A stretch of DNA of 64,000 nt, from IMG/VR virus record IMGVR_UViG_3300009183_000045; one strand, written 5' to 3'. Shown piece by piece: positions 8,946 to 18,347 of this stretch (its first letter is position 1; every line of letters starts with the position of its first letter). The position numbers and the translations under genes were made by a program. This DNA is from a virus (taxonomy: Duplodnaviria > Caudoviricetes). The notes beneath the pieces were generated by a model. That model saw only the letters and a list, made by a program, of their open reading frames with translations, had not been told where the DNA came from and searched no databases.

Positions 8946-9740
8946 TTAATAGGTCTGTCTTAAAAAGCCGTTGTATAGATTAACGCAGTATTTGTATTCT
9001 AGCTCATGCTTTTCATTAAGAAAACTACCGTAGTTTTTAATGTGAGGGTTTGTTAATTTTCTACTTTCATTAAGGTATATTTTAAAATGATAGGGTTTAG
9101 GTCCGTGGAAATGAATTAAATAGGCACTTTCATTTATGCCCCAATAAGGTTTCCAATTTATTTCATCTGATATTTTTTGATGTTTATAAAATTCATTTAA
9201 TGCTCCTTGATCTGTCGCTACAAATTTAAATTGTTTGGAAATTACAAAATCATAAAATTCCTGATATGTATCAAGCATATTTTTGGTATTACACCACATT
9301 ACACCGGAGTTGAACATCTTTACATCATTTTGATTAAATTCTCCAGTGGCTGCTATGGTTTCTGGAGTAAGTTTCAATAAAAAATCTGTAGGATCTCTGG
9401 TAAAAATAACGTCACAGTCTGTATACAAATAATACTCTATATCCAAGTTTAGCTGTTTAATTATTAAAGGTATATCTATGCGCAAAAAGGCCCCATAAAA
9501 AGTTTTGTGAGCAACCTCTTCAACCATTTCTGTTATTTTATTTTTAAAAGAAGATTCGTGTAATATTACAGTCACTCCATTTTCTTTTAGAAAATTAATG
9601 AATTCTTTATTATCACCATCATATAAGCAGTAAGCATTAAAATTGTAACTCAATGAACTTAGAACTGCAACTTTAGCCATGTCCATAAAGGCCCCGGACC
9701 TATTTTCATTCAAACAAAAAAACCAATTTATTTTTTTCAT
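8946..9740 (-). CDS. Glycosyltransferase family 8-like
   Basis: FLRIDIP, LYTDCDV (DxD), FNSGVM, DQGALN, NWKPYW, IHFHGPKP. Confidence 0.8.
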   Translation of the reverse strand: MKKINWFFCLNENRSGAFMDMAKVAVLSSLSYNFNAYCLYDGDNKEFINFLKENGVTVILHESSFKNKITEMVEEVAHKTFYGAFLRIDIPLIIKQLNLDIEYYLYTDCDVIFTRDPTDFLLKLTPETIAATGEFNQNDVKMFNSGVMWCNTKNMLDTYQEFYDFVISKQFKFVATDQGALNEFYKHQKISDEINWKPYWGINESAYLIHFHGPKPYHFKIYLNESRKLTNPHIKNYGSFLNEKHELEYKYCVNLYNGFLRQTY

Positions 9741-10522
9741 AACAATTTTTTAACTTTTTCTACATATTTAAGAGCTAGGTCATCATAGACATCATTTTTA
9801 TCATATGTATCAAACATTTCTATAGGCCTTTTTTCATTAACAGTGGCTCTTCCTCTTCGTCTTTTTTCTATCCAGTCTTCATAAGATCTGTTAAAATAAT
9901 GATTAACTCTTATTTTATTTGCTATTGATTTTTCTATTCTACCTTCTTGAGTTTCATCTATTAAATCGCCGTTTTCATTTACTATTCCTTTGGTGGTAGA
10001 AAACATATGAGGTGTCATATAACCTTTTATTTCATTGGGTTTAACTATTACTTTTACATGAGTATTAGGATGCCAGTCATCACGAGCTCTGTATAAAAAA
10101 TTTTCTAAACAAGTACCAGGTTTTCTTAATATATTTCCGGAAGAACCGTATATACGCCAGCTGACACCCAGCCCGGAATAATTTTTATAATCTTCTAGAA
10201 AAGTCCTTAAATCTGTTGGTTCTTCTGGCATGAAATATTCATCTGCATCACAATATATCATCCATTCAGTGTTGTTTCTTCCGTAATTTTTATAAGAAAC
10301 TTGATAAGCATAACCCTGTCTATCTGGGCTTGGTGAATCAAAATCTATTAAAAGTATATCATCTCGGAAAGATAGATCATTTATTTTATCTTCTGTGTCA
10401 TCAGTACTCTTATCATTAAAAACATAAAATTTTTCAACGCCAAGGGTCTTGTAATAGGTCAACCATTCCTGGATGTAATGAGATTCGTTTTTAACACAGG
10501 TTGTAAGAGAAAGATATTCCAT
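9737..10522 (-). CDS. GT-A glycosyltransferase (family 2/92-like)
   Basis: CVKNESHYIQEWLTYY, YVFNDKSTD, WMIYCDADEYF, KVIV and INHY-like RVNHYF motifs. Confidence 0.8.
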   Translation of the reverse strand: MEYLSLTTCVKNESHYIQEWLTYYKTLGVEKFYVFNDKSTDDTEDKINDLSFRDDILLIDFDSPSPDRQGYAYQVSYKNYGRNNTEWMIYCDADEYFMPEEPTDLRTFLEDYKNYSGLGVSWRIYGSSGNILRKPGTCLENFLYRARDDWHPNTHVKVIVKPNEIKGYMTPHMFSTTKGIVNENGDLIDETQEGRIEKSIANKIRVNHYFNRSYEDWIEKRRRGRATVNEKRPIEMFDTYDKNDVYDDLALKYVEKVKKLL

Positions 10523-10527
10523 AAAAA

Positions 10528-10875
10528 TTATACACTAACGTATGTAATTCCCTGAATTTTTACATTTTCAACAGTTCTGGTAGAAACTTTTCTATTAGGT
10601 TCATCTGTTAACAAATAAGACCTTTGTTCTCTTTTACCGTGTAATGTGTAATGTTTTTTAAGTTCTAAATCTGTTAATTTTTCCAAATCATTATTCATTA
10701 TTTTGTAATTATTAGAGTCAAATTTTTCAGGTAAAATGTGTTTATGTTTACGATTTTCGTGCACACCAAATCTGGTGTAGTGTATAATCAATTGTTCTTC
10801 ATTCATATGAGAGAGGTCTTCGTTATACAATTTGTATAATTCCCAATCTATATCTTCTAATGATTCTTCTGACAT
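10528..10875 (-). CDS. Small protein with two DW..Y...N.DL...HY..HG..E.R repeats
   Basis: DIDWELYKLYNEDL...HYTRFGVHENR and FDSNNYKIMNNDL...HYTLHGKREQR; this repeat type is often fused to viral glycosyltransferases. Confidence 0.6.
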   Translation of the reverse strand: MSEESLEDIDWELYKLYNEDLSHMNEEQLIIHYTRFGVHENRKHKHILPEKFDSNNYKIMNNDLEKLTDLELKKHYTLHGKREQRSYLLTDEPNRKVSTRTVENVKIQGITYVSV

Positions 10876-10876
10876 A

Positions 10877-11950
10877 TTAAAAATGATGTGCGCAATACAT
10901 TGACCCGTCTACATACTGTTCCCAGCCATCTTCAGCCCACTCTTCACCTATAGTTCCATCCCACCCAGTCATATAATAATTTCCGTGAGGCAATTTATAG
11001 GTTAATTTATAAGGAAGAACCTCTTGAAGTGCCTTGCAATTATATAAAGCAAAGCCACCGCCTTGCATCTCTACTCGTATCAATCGAGGTTGCATTTCAT
11101 CAACTCTAGGAATTTTACCCCACAATTCGGGCTGCATTGATATGCAAGTAGTTAATGGATTTAATTTTTGTGGATAATATCCAGCCACACATGCCACTTT
11201 CTTTTTTTGTTTTTTCAAATTTTTCATGTGTTTATATAATTTTTGAAAACCATCATTAGGTGGCTCCATGTCATCTTCTATTTTCAATATATAATCATAA
11301 TGTAAAGAAGGTTCTCTAAGCAATTCTGAATAATTAACTGCTACATGAACGTGTTTATCTATAGCCAGATAGTGTTCTCCTTCTTTTATTTGATAAGATT
11401 TTCCTAAATCACAAATATAATAGTTGTTATATTTGCGACCACATTGAGACATTACATCATATAATAAATCTCTAATTTTATTATCATCACTATTATCTCC
11501 TAGAATTACATCTACTATGATATTTTCTGGTAGACAAGTTTCTCTTAAAAAGGTTTTCCAATATTCTACAAATGCTTTATTGGAAAACATTGTAACAATA
11601 GCAATACGAACCAGAGAATCTTCTGGTTTATCTTCAAAATTAAATTTTCTTTGAGACATTACTCTTCCAAAACGCAAAGAGTTTACAACATATCCACAAT
11701 TTACCAATTTTTGTATCAAGCCAAATAAATTGTCAAAATAATTGATAAAATGTGACAATAAATGGGTGTTTATAACATAAACACCATCTTGTGGCTCTAA
11801 CCAGGCTAAATTTTTATCACTTAATAATTCTTCTGCTATATTGATATTAGAATCCTTGCACACCGTAGAGTCTATTATCACATAATGTAAAGTTCTACAG
11901 TCTTCAACTCCTTTTTTAATTTCTTTTAAAAGTTCTTCTTCTGTAATCAT
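10877..11950 (-). CDS. Putative GT-A fold glycosyltransferase
   Basis: ILGDNS, YILKIEDDMEPP, CVAGYY, GGGFALY, GWDG pattern in the C-terminal half; located within the GT cluster. Confidence 0.55.
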   Translation of the reverse strand: MITEEELLKEIKKGVEDCRTLHYVIIDSTVCKDSNINIAEELLSDKNLAWLEPQDGVYVINTHLLSHFINYFDNLFGLIQKLVNCGYVVNSLRFGRVMSQRKFNFEDKPEDSLVRIAIVTMFSNKAFVEYWKTFLRETCLPENIIVDVILGDNSDDNKIRDLLYDVMSQCGRKYNNYYICDLGKSYQIKEGEHYLAIDKHVHVAVNYSELLREPSLHYDYILKIEDDMEPPNDGFQKLYKHMKNLKKQKKKVACVAGYYPQKLNPLTTCISMQPELWGKIPRVDEMQPRLIRVEMQGGGFALYNCKALQEVLPYKLTYKLPHGNYYMTGWDGTIGEEWAEDGWEQYVDGSMYCAHHF

Positions 11951-12075
11951 TTTTTAACAATGGTTATTCCAGACTTTCTAATATTTTTTACAATTTGAGG
12001 TGTGTTTTGACTATTGGCTCCATAATAATGAGGATTTATAGTTTTTACCAATTGCTTGGTTCTTATCATACTCAT
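11947..12075 (-). CDS. Small hypothetical protein (42 aa), not in the ORF track
   Basis: MSMIRTKQLVKTINPHYYGANSQNTPQIVKNIRKSGITIVKK; fills the gap, and its TGA overlaps the next ATG (ATGA coupling). Confidence 0.55.
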   Translation of the reverse strand: MSMIRTKQLVKTINPHYYGANSQNTPQIVKNIRKSGITIVKK

Positions 12076-12088
12076 TCTTCCGACTGTA

Positions 12089-12706
12089 TTAAACAAAATT
12101 TTGTCCTCCTACAAATCCGTACCAAGAGCCACCGCCCGTAAAAGTTGTAAATGAGTATATGTCTTCTGTGTAAGCATCCTGAGACATTTGAGGTATATCA
12201 TTATTTGACCACTTAACAACATTGTTGTCAAAATTCCAACTAACACTTCGTAGACCTCGTTGTTTTATTATTAAGCTAAAGGTATAAGTTTCCTGTGGTG
12301 TATGAATTAATACAAAGCTTGTAATATTATTATTTAAATCAATGTGAAATGTATTACCCTTAGAAAGATCTAAAGTAACTGTATTGTTTAATATAGGAAG
12401 GTAGGTAGTTGTTTCTGAATAATTTACAGTTCTAACACTGGTGTTTTCTAGTGTTGCTTCCCTTGCAAATATATTATCTGTCATTATAGCATGATGTAAT
12501 GTATAAATTAAATAATTTAAAACCATCCTTATGCCGGTGGCCGCAGGCACCTCTGCATTTATATAATCATATTCAGTTCCGTTTATGTATTTAGCAGTTA
12601 GGGTATTTCCTACAAATAAATCATTATCGACTATAATATCATCAAAAGCCGAGAAATCTTCTGGCCCGGTCGTAGCATCTATGTTGTTTAGAAATCTAAT
12701 GCTCAT
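12089..12706 (-). CDS. Putative virion/fibre-associated protein
   Basis: C-terminal TLDLSKGNTF...WNFDNNVVKWS...DIYSFTTFTGGGSWYG domain, paralogous to the C-terminus of the collagen fibre at 56760; TAAATA upstream. Confidence 0.55.
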   Translation of the reverse strand: MSIRFLNNIDATTGPEDFSAFDDIIVDNDLFVGNTLTAKYINGTEYDYINAEVPAATGIRMVLNYLIYTLHHAIMTDNIFAREATLENTSVRTVNYSETTTYLPILNNTVTLDLSKGNTFHIDLNNNITSFVLIHTPQETYTFSLIIKQRGLRSVSWNFDNNVVKWSNNDIPQMSQDAYTEDIYSFTTFTGGGSWYGFVGGQNFV

Positions 12707-12724
12707 ATAATAGGGTTAATAATT

Positions 12725-12730
12725 TATTTA
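12725..12730 (-). promoter_or_regulatory. Late promoter core TAAATA heading the minus-strand GT gene run
   Basis: Minus-strand TAAATA 18 nt upstream of ATG 12706. Confidence 0.45.
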
Positions 12731-12750
12731 CGTTAAACATTCAGTTTTCC

Positions 12751-12758
12751 TATAAATA
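12751..12758 (+). promoter_or_regulatory. T4 consensus late promoter TATAAATA
   Basis: Exact T4 gp55 consensus 5 nt upstream of ATG 12764. Confidence 0.6.
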
Positions 12759-12763
12759 AAAAT

Positions 12764-13474
12764 ATGTCTCAGGCCTCTTTTGTACAAAAACTTATTCAAG
12801 AACAAATCAGCATAGCCAAAAATAGAATTAATTCTAAATTTGATACGTTGTTGGAACACATTTTAAGAGAAGATGAGATAGCCACTGGTACGGTATCTTC
12901 TCCCCCTGACACTTCAGCCGGTGGACCCCCAACGGTACCCAATAATAACCCAATAATGCCCCAAGCAGATGATCAAACAGAATTGCCGCCGGAAAATGCA
13001 GATATTCAAATCAAATTAGCCAAACTAGCAGCATTAGCTTTATTAACAAATATGGACAAGGTGGTGGAGGACCACGAAGAAATGAGGCAAGATGAAATAT
13101 TTTTATCTAGACTAAAAAATAGTGGAGTCACAGGAGGAGAAGATAGTATAAAAGTCTTGCAAAAAATCTTAAAAATTGTAAAATTAGGAGGCAATACTGT
13201 AAATTTTGACATAAATCAAAATTTTATAGACAAATTTGATCCAGCGGCCAATGATGCAATAACAAATTTAATAGTTAAAGTTTTGTTCATCTCTAAAGAT
13301 AAAATTCTCCAAAATAATGATTCATTGAGAGGGGTAATAGATAGCATAGGAACTTTATTATCACAAATAAAACCCATAGAACAGTCAGATCCGGCAGCGG
13401 CCGTTAAAATTGCCGGTGAAATTATCCAAAAAATAAATAACGATATTCTTCCATCTGCAGACTTGACTATATAA
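12764..13474 (+). CDS. Hypothetical protein, late-promoter driven (possible internal head protein)
   Basis: 236-aa ORF with a Pro-rich linker and a LEHILRE segment. Confidence 0.7.
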   Translation: MSQASFVQKLIQEQISIAKNRINSKFDTLLEHILREDEIATGTVSSPPDTSAGGPPTVPNNNPIMPQADDQTELPPENADIQIKLAKLAALALLTNMDKVVEDHEEMRQDEIFLSRLKNSGVTGGEDSIKVLQKILKIVKLGGNTVNFDINQNFIDKFDPAANDAITNLIVKVLFISKDKILQNNDSLRGVIDSIGTLLSQIKPIEQSDPAAAVKIAGEIIQKINNDILPSADLTI

Positions 13475-13495
13475 TATAAATGACTAAAATAAGTC

Positions 13496-13747
13496 ATGCC
13501 AGATGTATGCCTTTCTAAAAAAGAGATTCAATTAACACTTGAATCTCTATTGTACTGTGCTTCATCAGACTTCGATCACTCTCAGTATTGTGAAGATCTT
13601 ATTGAAATATCTCAATTAGCAATCAGGTTGAGACTATTACACCAGGAAATTCCTGTATCAAATATTACATTTGTTAAGGAAAATCCTTTCACTTCACAAT
13701 TCACTCATGAATTATTAAAATTCTTTCCAGAAATACAAATTATATAA
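13496..13747 (+). CDS. Hypothetical protein
   Basis: 83-aa ORF; TTGACT-16-TAAAAT promoter-like sequence upstream (13463-13490). Confidence 0.6.
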   Translation: MPDVCLSKKEIQLTLESLLYCASSDFDHSQYCEDLIEISQLAIRLRLLHQEIPVSNITFVKENPFTSQFTHELLKFFPEIQII

Positions 13748-13751
13748 ACAT

Positions 13752-14384
13752 ATGAAATTAGCAGTAGTAGGCACTCAGTGCATAGGCAAAAGCACTTACA
13801 TTAAAGATTTTTTAAATAAGTGGAAAATGTATACAACTCCTGAAAAAACATACAGAGATGTAGTCAAAGAAAAAAACATACCGATTAACAGATTAGGAGA
13901 TGAAGAATCACAACAAATTATATTAGACTTTCTGATTGATCAGGCCATGTCTTGTTCTAAAACTGAAAATGTAATATTCGATCGTTGTATATTAGACAAT
14001 CTAGCATACTCTTCCTGGCTTCATCTTAATGATAAAGTATCAGAAAAATTTTTAGACAAGTCCCGACTATTGGTAAGAGAAACTTTAAAGATGTTTGACA
14101 TCATTTTCTTTTTGCCTATTACAAAGATGTCACCAGTTGCTTTAGTTGAAGACGGTGTGAGAGACACAGATCCCGTATATAGGGAAGAAATAGACAACAT
14201 ATTTAAAGCTTTCTTAAAGTCCTATCATCAAGAAGACGGGAGAGTGTTTCCTAAAGGTGACAGTCCCCCGATTATAGAAATTTACGGAAGTCCAGAACAG
14301 CGCTTGTCTTTGACCGCTTTATACCTTAATGAAGAAGGTAAAGCCTTTGGTGAAGAACAAAGTCTTATATCTGAACTATATTAA
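13752..14384 (+). CDS. P-loop NTPase, NadR/AAA_28 nucleotide-kinase-like
   Basis: KLAVVGTQCIGKST Walker A, IFDRCILDNLAY, DIIFFLP, DGVRD...YREEID. Confidence 0.75.
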   Translation: MKLAVVGTQCIGKSTYIKDFLNKWKMYTTPEKTYRDVVKEKNIPINRLGDEESQQIILDFLIDQAMSCSKTENVIFDRCILDNLAYSSWLHLNDKVSEKFLDKSRLLVRETLKMFDIIFFLPITKMSPVALVEDGVRDTDPVYREEIDNIFKAFLKSYHQEDGRVFPKGDSPPIIEIYGSPEQRLSLTALYLNEEGKAFGEEQSLISELY

Positions 14385-14399
14385 TGGTAAATAAAAGAT

Positions 14400-15377
14400 A
14401 TGAATTTATTTAATTCTCTTTATACTGAGCAATTGGAAGAAATGGCAAGATCCTCAGATGTTGCAGATTTTGGAAGTGTGCCAGAAGACTTCCCCAGCAA
14501 AGCAGTCCCGAGCAGAGGAACAGCTAATCGTTTTGGCAGGCATCAAAATTCAGATGTCCAACCATTCTTTCAAGCAGTTGTGCAGGACTTCCTATCTAGA
14601 GATAATAAGAAAATTACATATGCAGAAGTTTCAACAGCTATTAAAAACATTTTACTAAAAGGCAAAGAACGCGGAGGAATGGGCATGGGACCAACTTTTG
14701 CTGATAAATGGACTCAGCATTTATCAGATGTCTTGTTTAAATTATTAAAAGGAGTTAATGCAGCTTCAAAGGCACCAGACAGTAATCCTGCAATTACAAA
14801 TGATTCATCAGATAAATCTCCTATTAATGTGGCACCGGAAGCATCCACAGAACCATCGGGAGAAGAACCTTCAGGAGAAGAGGCAGAAACAGAAGGTACT
14901 CCAGAATCAGAAGAGTCTGATGAAGAACACGTTGAAGGAGAACAAGAATCTCCTTCCGCAGATAAAGACTTGGAGGCCACTGCTGAATTAAACTTGAACC
15001 CTGATGAAGAAACTTTGTTGGATGTAATTAAAAATTTAGGAGGTAATGAAGTTTCTAATAAACAAATTTTGGCGGATTCTTCGACCCCTTTCAAATTAAG
15101 AGATGATCCTTCTAAATTGAGAGAAGTTTTAGGAAAAATGGCCCGAGAAGGCCTTATTAGCAGAGGCGACACCGGCTGGTCCATCAAAGAAAAAGAATCT
15201 GCTGATTCTGAAGCCGTTTTTGATAGAGAAGAAGGAGGAGAAGATTATGGTGCCAAAGACACCATATCTAAATATGCATCTCATTACGGAGATAAGCAAG
15301 AATTCGGGTCACAATTTGAGAATTATGACATTATGAAATCTTTTGTAGATGTCTTTAAGGCAAAAAGTCGTGAGTAA
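14400..15377 (+). CDS. Acidic hypothetical protein with a possible C-terminal winged helix
   Basis: E/S/P-rich linker; LLDVIKNLGG...LREVLGKMAREGLISRGDTGWSI resembles a wHTH; TAAATA at 14388-14393. Confidence 0.65.
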   Translation: MNLFNSLYTEQLEEMARSSDVADFGSVPEDFPSKAVPSRGTANRFGRHQNSDVQPFFQAVVQDFLSRDNKKITYAEVSTAIKNILLKGKERGGMGMGPTFADKWTQHLSDVLFKLLKGVNAASKAPDSNPAITNDSSDKSPINVAPEASTEPSGEEPSGEEAETEGTPESEESDEEHVEGEQESPSADKDLEATAELNLNPDEETLLDVIKNLGGNEVSNKQILADSSTPFKLRDDPSKLREVLGKMAREGLISRGDTGWSIKEKESADSEAVFDREEGGEDYGAKDTISKYASHYGDKQEFGSQFENYDIMKSFVDVFKAKSRE

Positions 15378-15404
15378 TACTTAAAAATCCGTTATACTGG
15401 TTAC

Positions 15405-16364
15405 ATGAGGGCTCTACCGGGAACTTATGTTTTAAGCAAATTCTATACCTTAGCAGGAGAACCTTCTTTTCGTAAATTTGACGGCAATTATAATGCCTCT
15501 TGTCCAATATGTCGTGAAGGTAAGAGCTGGTTGAAAAAGAAAAGACTTTTCTTCTATCCTTCAACCAGCTCTTTTTATTGCTTCAATTGCAATAAATCAT
15601 GGAATGCCTGGAGATGGATCACTGAATCCTCTGGTCTTACTAGAGAAGAGATTGAAATAGAAGCATTCAATGGCAACACCTCAACAGATGTCACTGATCA
15701 TATAGGATTAGTTAAACAAATTCGCAAAGAAAAACCAAATCTTCCTCATGATTCAGTTAATTTGAGTGATTTACAACAACAAAAATTTTATAGATCTTCT
15801 AATCACTTTAATAATGCTCTTGAATACTTAAAAAGTAGAAAATTAGATGTAGCAATCAACCGAAGTGTTAATTTTTATATAAGTTTAACAGACCACTTTC
15901 ATAAAAATAGGTTATGTATTCCCTATTTTGATCGCAATCGTAAAATAGTATTCTATCAAACAAGATCTTTAGACGGTTCAGAACCTCGTTATTTAAATAA
16001 AATAGGATATGACAAAACTGTTTTTGGTATAGACAGAGTTGATAGTGAGTTGGATAAAATTTTTCTATTTGAAGGACCTATTGATGCCATGTTTGTAAAG
16101 AATGGAGTATCTTTAGCCGGCCTTTCCCTCACCAATACCCAAGAGAAACAATTATCAGAATTTCCTTTTCATGACAAAATATGGGTATTAGACAATCCAA
16201 GAATAGACAAGGCCTCCAAAGAGAAGCTTTTTAGCTTGTTAAGCACAAAACAAAAGGTATTCCGGTGGCCTCTCGACAAGCCCTATAAAGATTTCAATGA
16301 ATGGGCGGTTAAAGAAGGAATCAACGAAATACCTATTGATTTTATTTTAAATTCTTTATACTAA
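15405..16364 (+). CDS. gp61: DNA primase (T4 gp61-like)
   Basis: Zn ribbon CPICREG...CFNC, RLCIPYF, FYQTRSL, TOPRIM FEGPIDAMF, VLDN, KDFNE. Confidence 0.9.
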   Translation: MRALPGTYVLSKFYTLAGEPSFRKFDGNYNASCPICREGKSWLKKKRLFFYPSTSSFYCFNCNKSWNAWRWITESSGLTREEIEIEAFNGNTSTDVTDHIGLVKQIRKEKPNLPHDSVNLSDLQQQKFYRSSNHFNNALEYLKSRKLDVAINRSVNFYISLTDHFHKNRLCIPYFDRNRKIVFYQTRSLDGSEPRYLNKIGYDKTVFGIDRVDSELDKIFLFEGPIDAMFVKNGVSLAGLSLTNTQEKQLSEFPFHDKIWVLDNPRIDKASKEKLFSLLSTKQKVFRWPLDKPYKDFNEWAVKEGINEIPIDFILNSLY

Positions 16365-16936
16365 CCACCAACCTGAGTTTGTTCAAAATCTCTTTGTTTT
16401 TTGGGTGCCATAATAATGAAAGAGTTAAGAACTTCTTTCAACTTTTCAATTTCACCAGCAATGCGAGTAATACTGTCGGAGGCCTTACGAGTGACTCCGC
16501 GTAATAAAGAACCCGGCCGGTCTTCTGCTGCAAGTATTTTGTGCAAGGACTGGCTGTCAGGGTTGTTCATGAAGTCTGCAAAATCATCTAATTTCTTGGA
16601 CCATTCTCTTATTGCCGTGATAGCATTGGCGGTTACATTAGGATCAGTGCCTTCTGTGTCAAAATTATCCCCTGGAGTTTCTTTTTCTAAAGAATCACCA
16701 AAATCTTTTTGATTTTGGTCTGGTGTAAAATCTTCTGGAGTCTTTGGATCCACCGCTTGGGCGGCGGCGGCCACATCCCCTTCGGCTTCTCTTACTAAGT
16801 GAGATATAAAACTTTTCAAAAACGGAACATATGATTCATCATACTCGCAGCTTGCCTGATTAGCTTTTAGAATTCTTGCAACCTCTTTGGCATGCACATT
16901 TGAATTATTTTTCGTGTTTTTGATTGAATTCTTCAT
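16361..16936 (-). CDS. Hypothetical protein, late promoter upstream
   Basis: 191-aa ORF; minus-strand TAAATA at 16949-16954; HLVREAE segment followed by an acidic linker. Confidence 0.65.
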   Translation of the reverse strand: MKNSIKNTKNNSNVHAKEVARILKANQASCEYDESYVPFLKSFISHLVREAEGDVAAAAQAVDPKTPEDFTPDQNQKDFGDSLEKETPGDNFDTEGTDPNVTANAITAIREWSKKLDDFADFMNNPDSQSLHKILAAEDRPGSLLRGVTRKASDSITRIAGEIEKLKEVLNSFIIMAPKKQRDFEQTQVGG

Positions 16937-16958
16937 TGATTTATAGTATATTTACCTC

Positions 16959-17702
16959 ATGGACAGTACAAATACATTGAAGTCTTGTGTAGTTTTATTT
17001 AGCGGAGGCATGGACAGTACCGTTGTACTGCATCATGCATTAGCCAATTATGATAAAGTGTATGCTTTAGCTATTGATTATGGGCAACGTAATATTAGAG
17101 AATTAACAAATGCAGAAGATTATCTTACCAGTTACATTTTAAAATCTTCATATGCAGAAAAAATCAAATATTCACGCTTGCCCCTTCCAGTTAAGCTATT
17201 GAATTTTAATTCAGCATTAACAAATGATGAGATAGAGGTGCCTAAAATGAAAGAGGTTATTGGAGATCCTCAAAATAATGCTTATGTACCCAATCGAAAT
17301 ATGATATTTTTATCATTGGCCGTTGGAATGGCAGAGAGTGTGGGTGCAACTCACGTACTATACGGAGCAGCAAAAGCAGATGATACATCAGGGTTCTGGG
17401 ATTGTACAGCTGACTTTAGAAATTATCTAAATACCATTTTATCCTTAAATCGTAGGAATTTAATAGAGATTAAAACACCTCTAATAGATAAAACAAAAAA
17501 AGAAATTATAGAATACGGTATTGAATTAGGAGTTGAGTTTGCACTGACGAGGACATGTTACACAGAACACGAAAAATCCTGTGGAGAGTGTCCTAGTTGT
17601 TCAGCAAGAATTGCAGGGTTTATTCACTCCAAAAAAATTGATCCTCTAAAATATTCTAGAGATATACCGTGGCAAAATTGGAATTGTGAACCATTATATT
17701 AA
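16959..17702 (+). CDS. queC: 7-cyano-7-deazaguanine synthase QueC
   Basis: PP-loop FSGGMDS, IDYGQRN, YVPNRNMIFLS, DCTADF, TPLI...K, Zn site TCY...CGECPSCSARI. Confidence 0.93.
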   Translation: MDSTNTLKSCVVLFSGGMDSTVVLHHALANYDKVYALAIDYGQRNIRELTNAEDYLTSYILKSSYAEKIKYSRLPLPVKLLNFNSALTNDEIEVPKMKEVIGDPQNNAYVPNRNMIFLSLAVGMAESVGATHVLYGAAKADDTSGFWDCTADFRNYLNTILSLNRRNLIEIKTPLIDKTKKEIIEYGIELGVEFALTRTCYTEHEKSCGECPSCSARIAGFIHSKKIDPLKYSRDIPWQNWNCEPLY

Positions 17703-17705
17703 GAT

Positions 17706-18347
17706 ATGTGTGCAATTAGTGGATCTAACAATTTAGAAAAGGCGTTTGCTCTTTATAAACTTAATTTACAAAGAGGTGCCCAGTCCTCGGGTATGCTAGC
17801 AGTTGGCTCCAGAGGATCCAATGTAAGCAGAATAGCAAATACATATGATGAGGATTATATATCTCATTTTAAAAAACAATTTGCTCAAAGCCCTTTCAAC
17901 TATCATTATTTTTTATTCCATTCCAGGGCTCCTACAAATAGTACAGTAACAACCTGGAGCCAAGAAACTACACACCCGTTTGCGTCTTCCAGTGGCCCAG
18001 ATTATCTCGTAGCACATAATGGAATTATAACAAATTTTTCTTCTTTTGAAGAAAGTAAACATCTAACAATAGATTCTCAAATAATTCCAGAACATCTATC
18101 GAAAACTCAAAACATTGTTGAAACATTTTCAAAATACGAAGGATTGTTTACCTGTTGGATAGTAAACAGGGATAGAATACAATTAGTTAAAGCGGGCAGT
18201 TCTCTATGGATGGATGAAAATTCCTTTTCTTCTTCCAAGTTTGAAGGTGCAGAATGTGTGGAAGATGATGGTGTTATATTTGATTATAAAGACGGAAAAT
18301 TTGAAAAGAGTGGAACCTTTCCGTACACCAACACTTATTTTATATGA
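17706..18347 (+). CDS. Class II (Ntn) glutamine amidotransferase
   Basis: Catalytic Cys2 (MCAISG), RG..SSG, FHSRAPT, THPF, AHNGII, IDSQII. Confidence 0.85.
   Translation: MCAISGSNNLEKAFALYKLNLQRGAQSSGMLAVGSRGSNVSRIANTYDEDYISHFKKQFAQSPFNYHYFLFHSRAPTNSTVTTWSQETTHPFASSSGPDYLVAHNGIITNFSSFEESKHLTIDSQIIPEHLSKTQNIVETFSKYEGLFTCWIVNRDRIQLVKAGSSLWMDENSFSSSKFEGAECVEDDGVIFDYKDGKFEKSGTFPYTNTYFI

Noticed and set aside
16959-18347. QueC + GATase as a QatABCD or type IV CBASS defence system
   Set aside because: The QueC has canonical enzyme motifs and size, and the GATase keeps its catalytic Cys. No adjacent QatA ATPase, TatD, CD-NTase or TGT-like gene is present.
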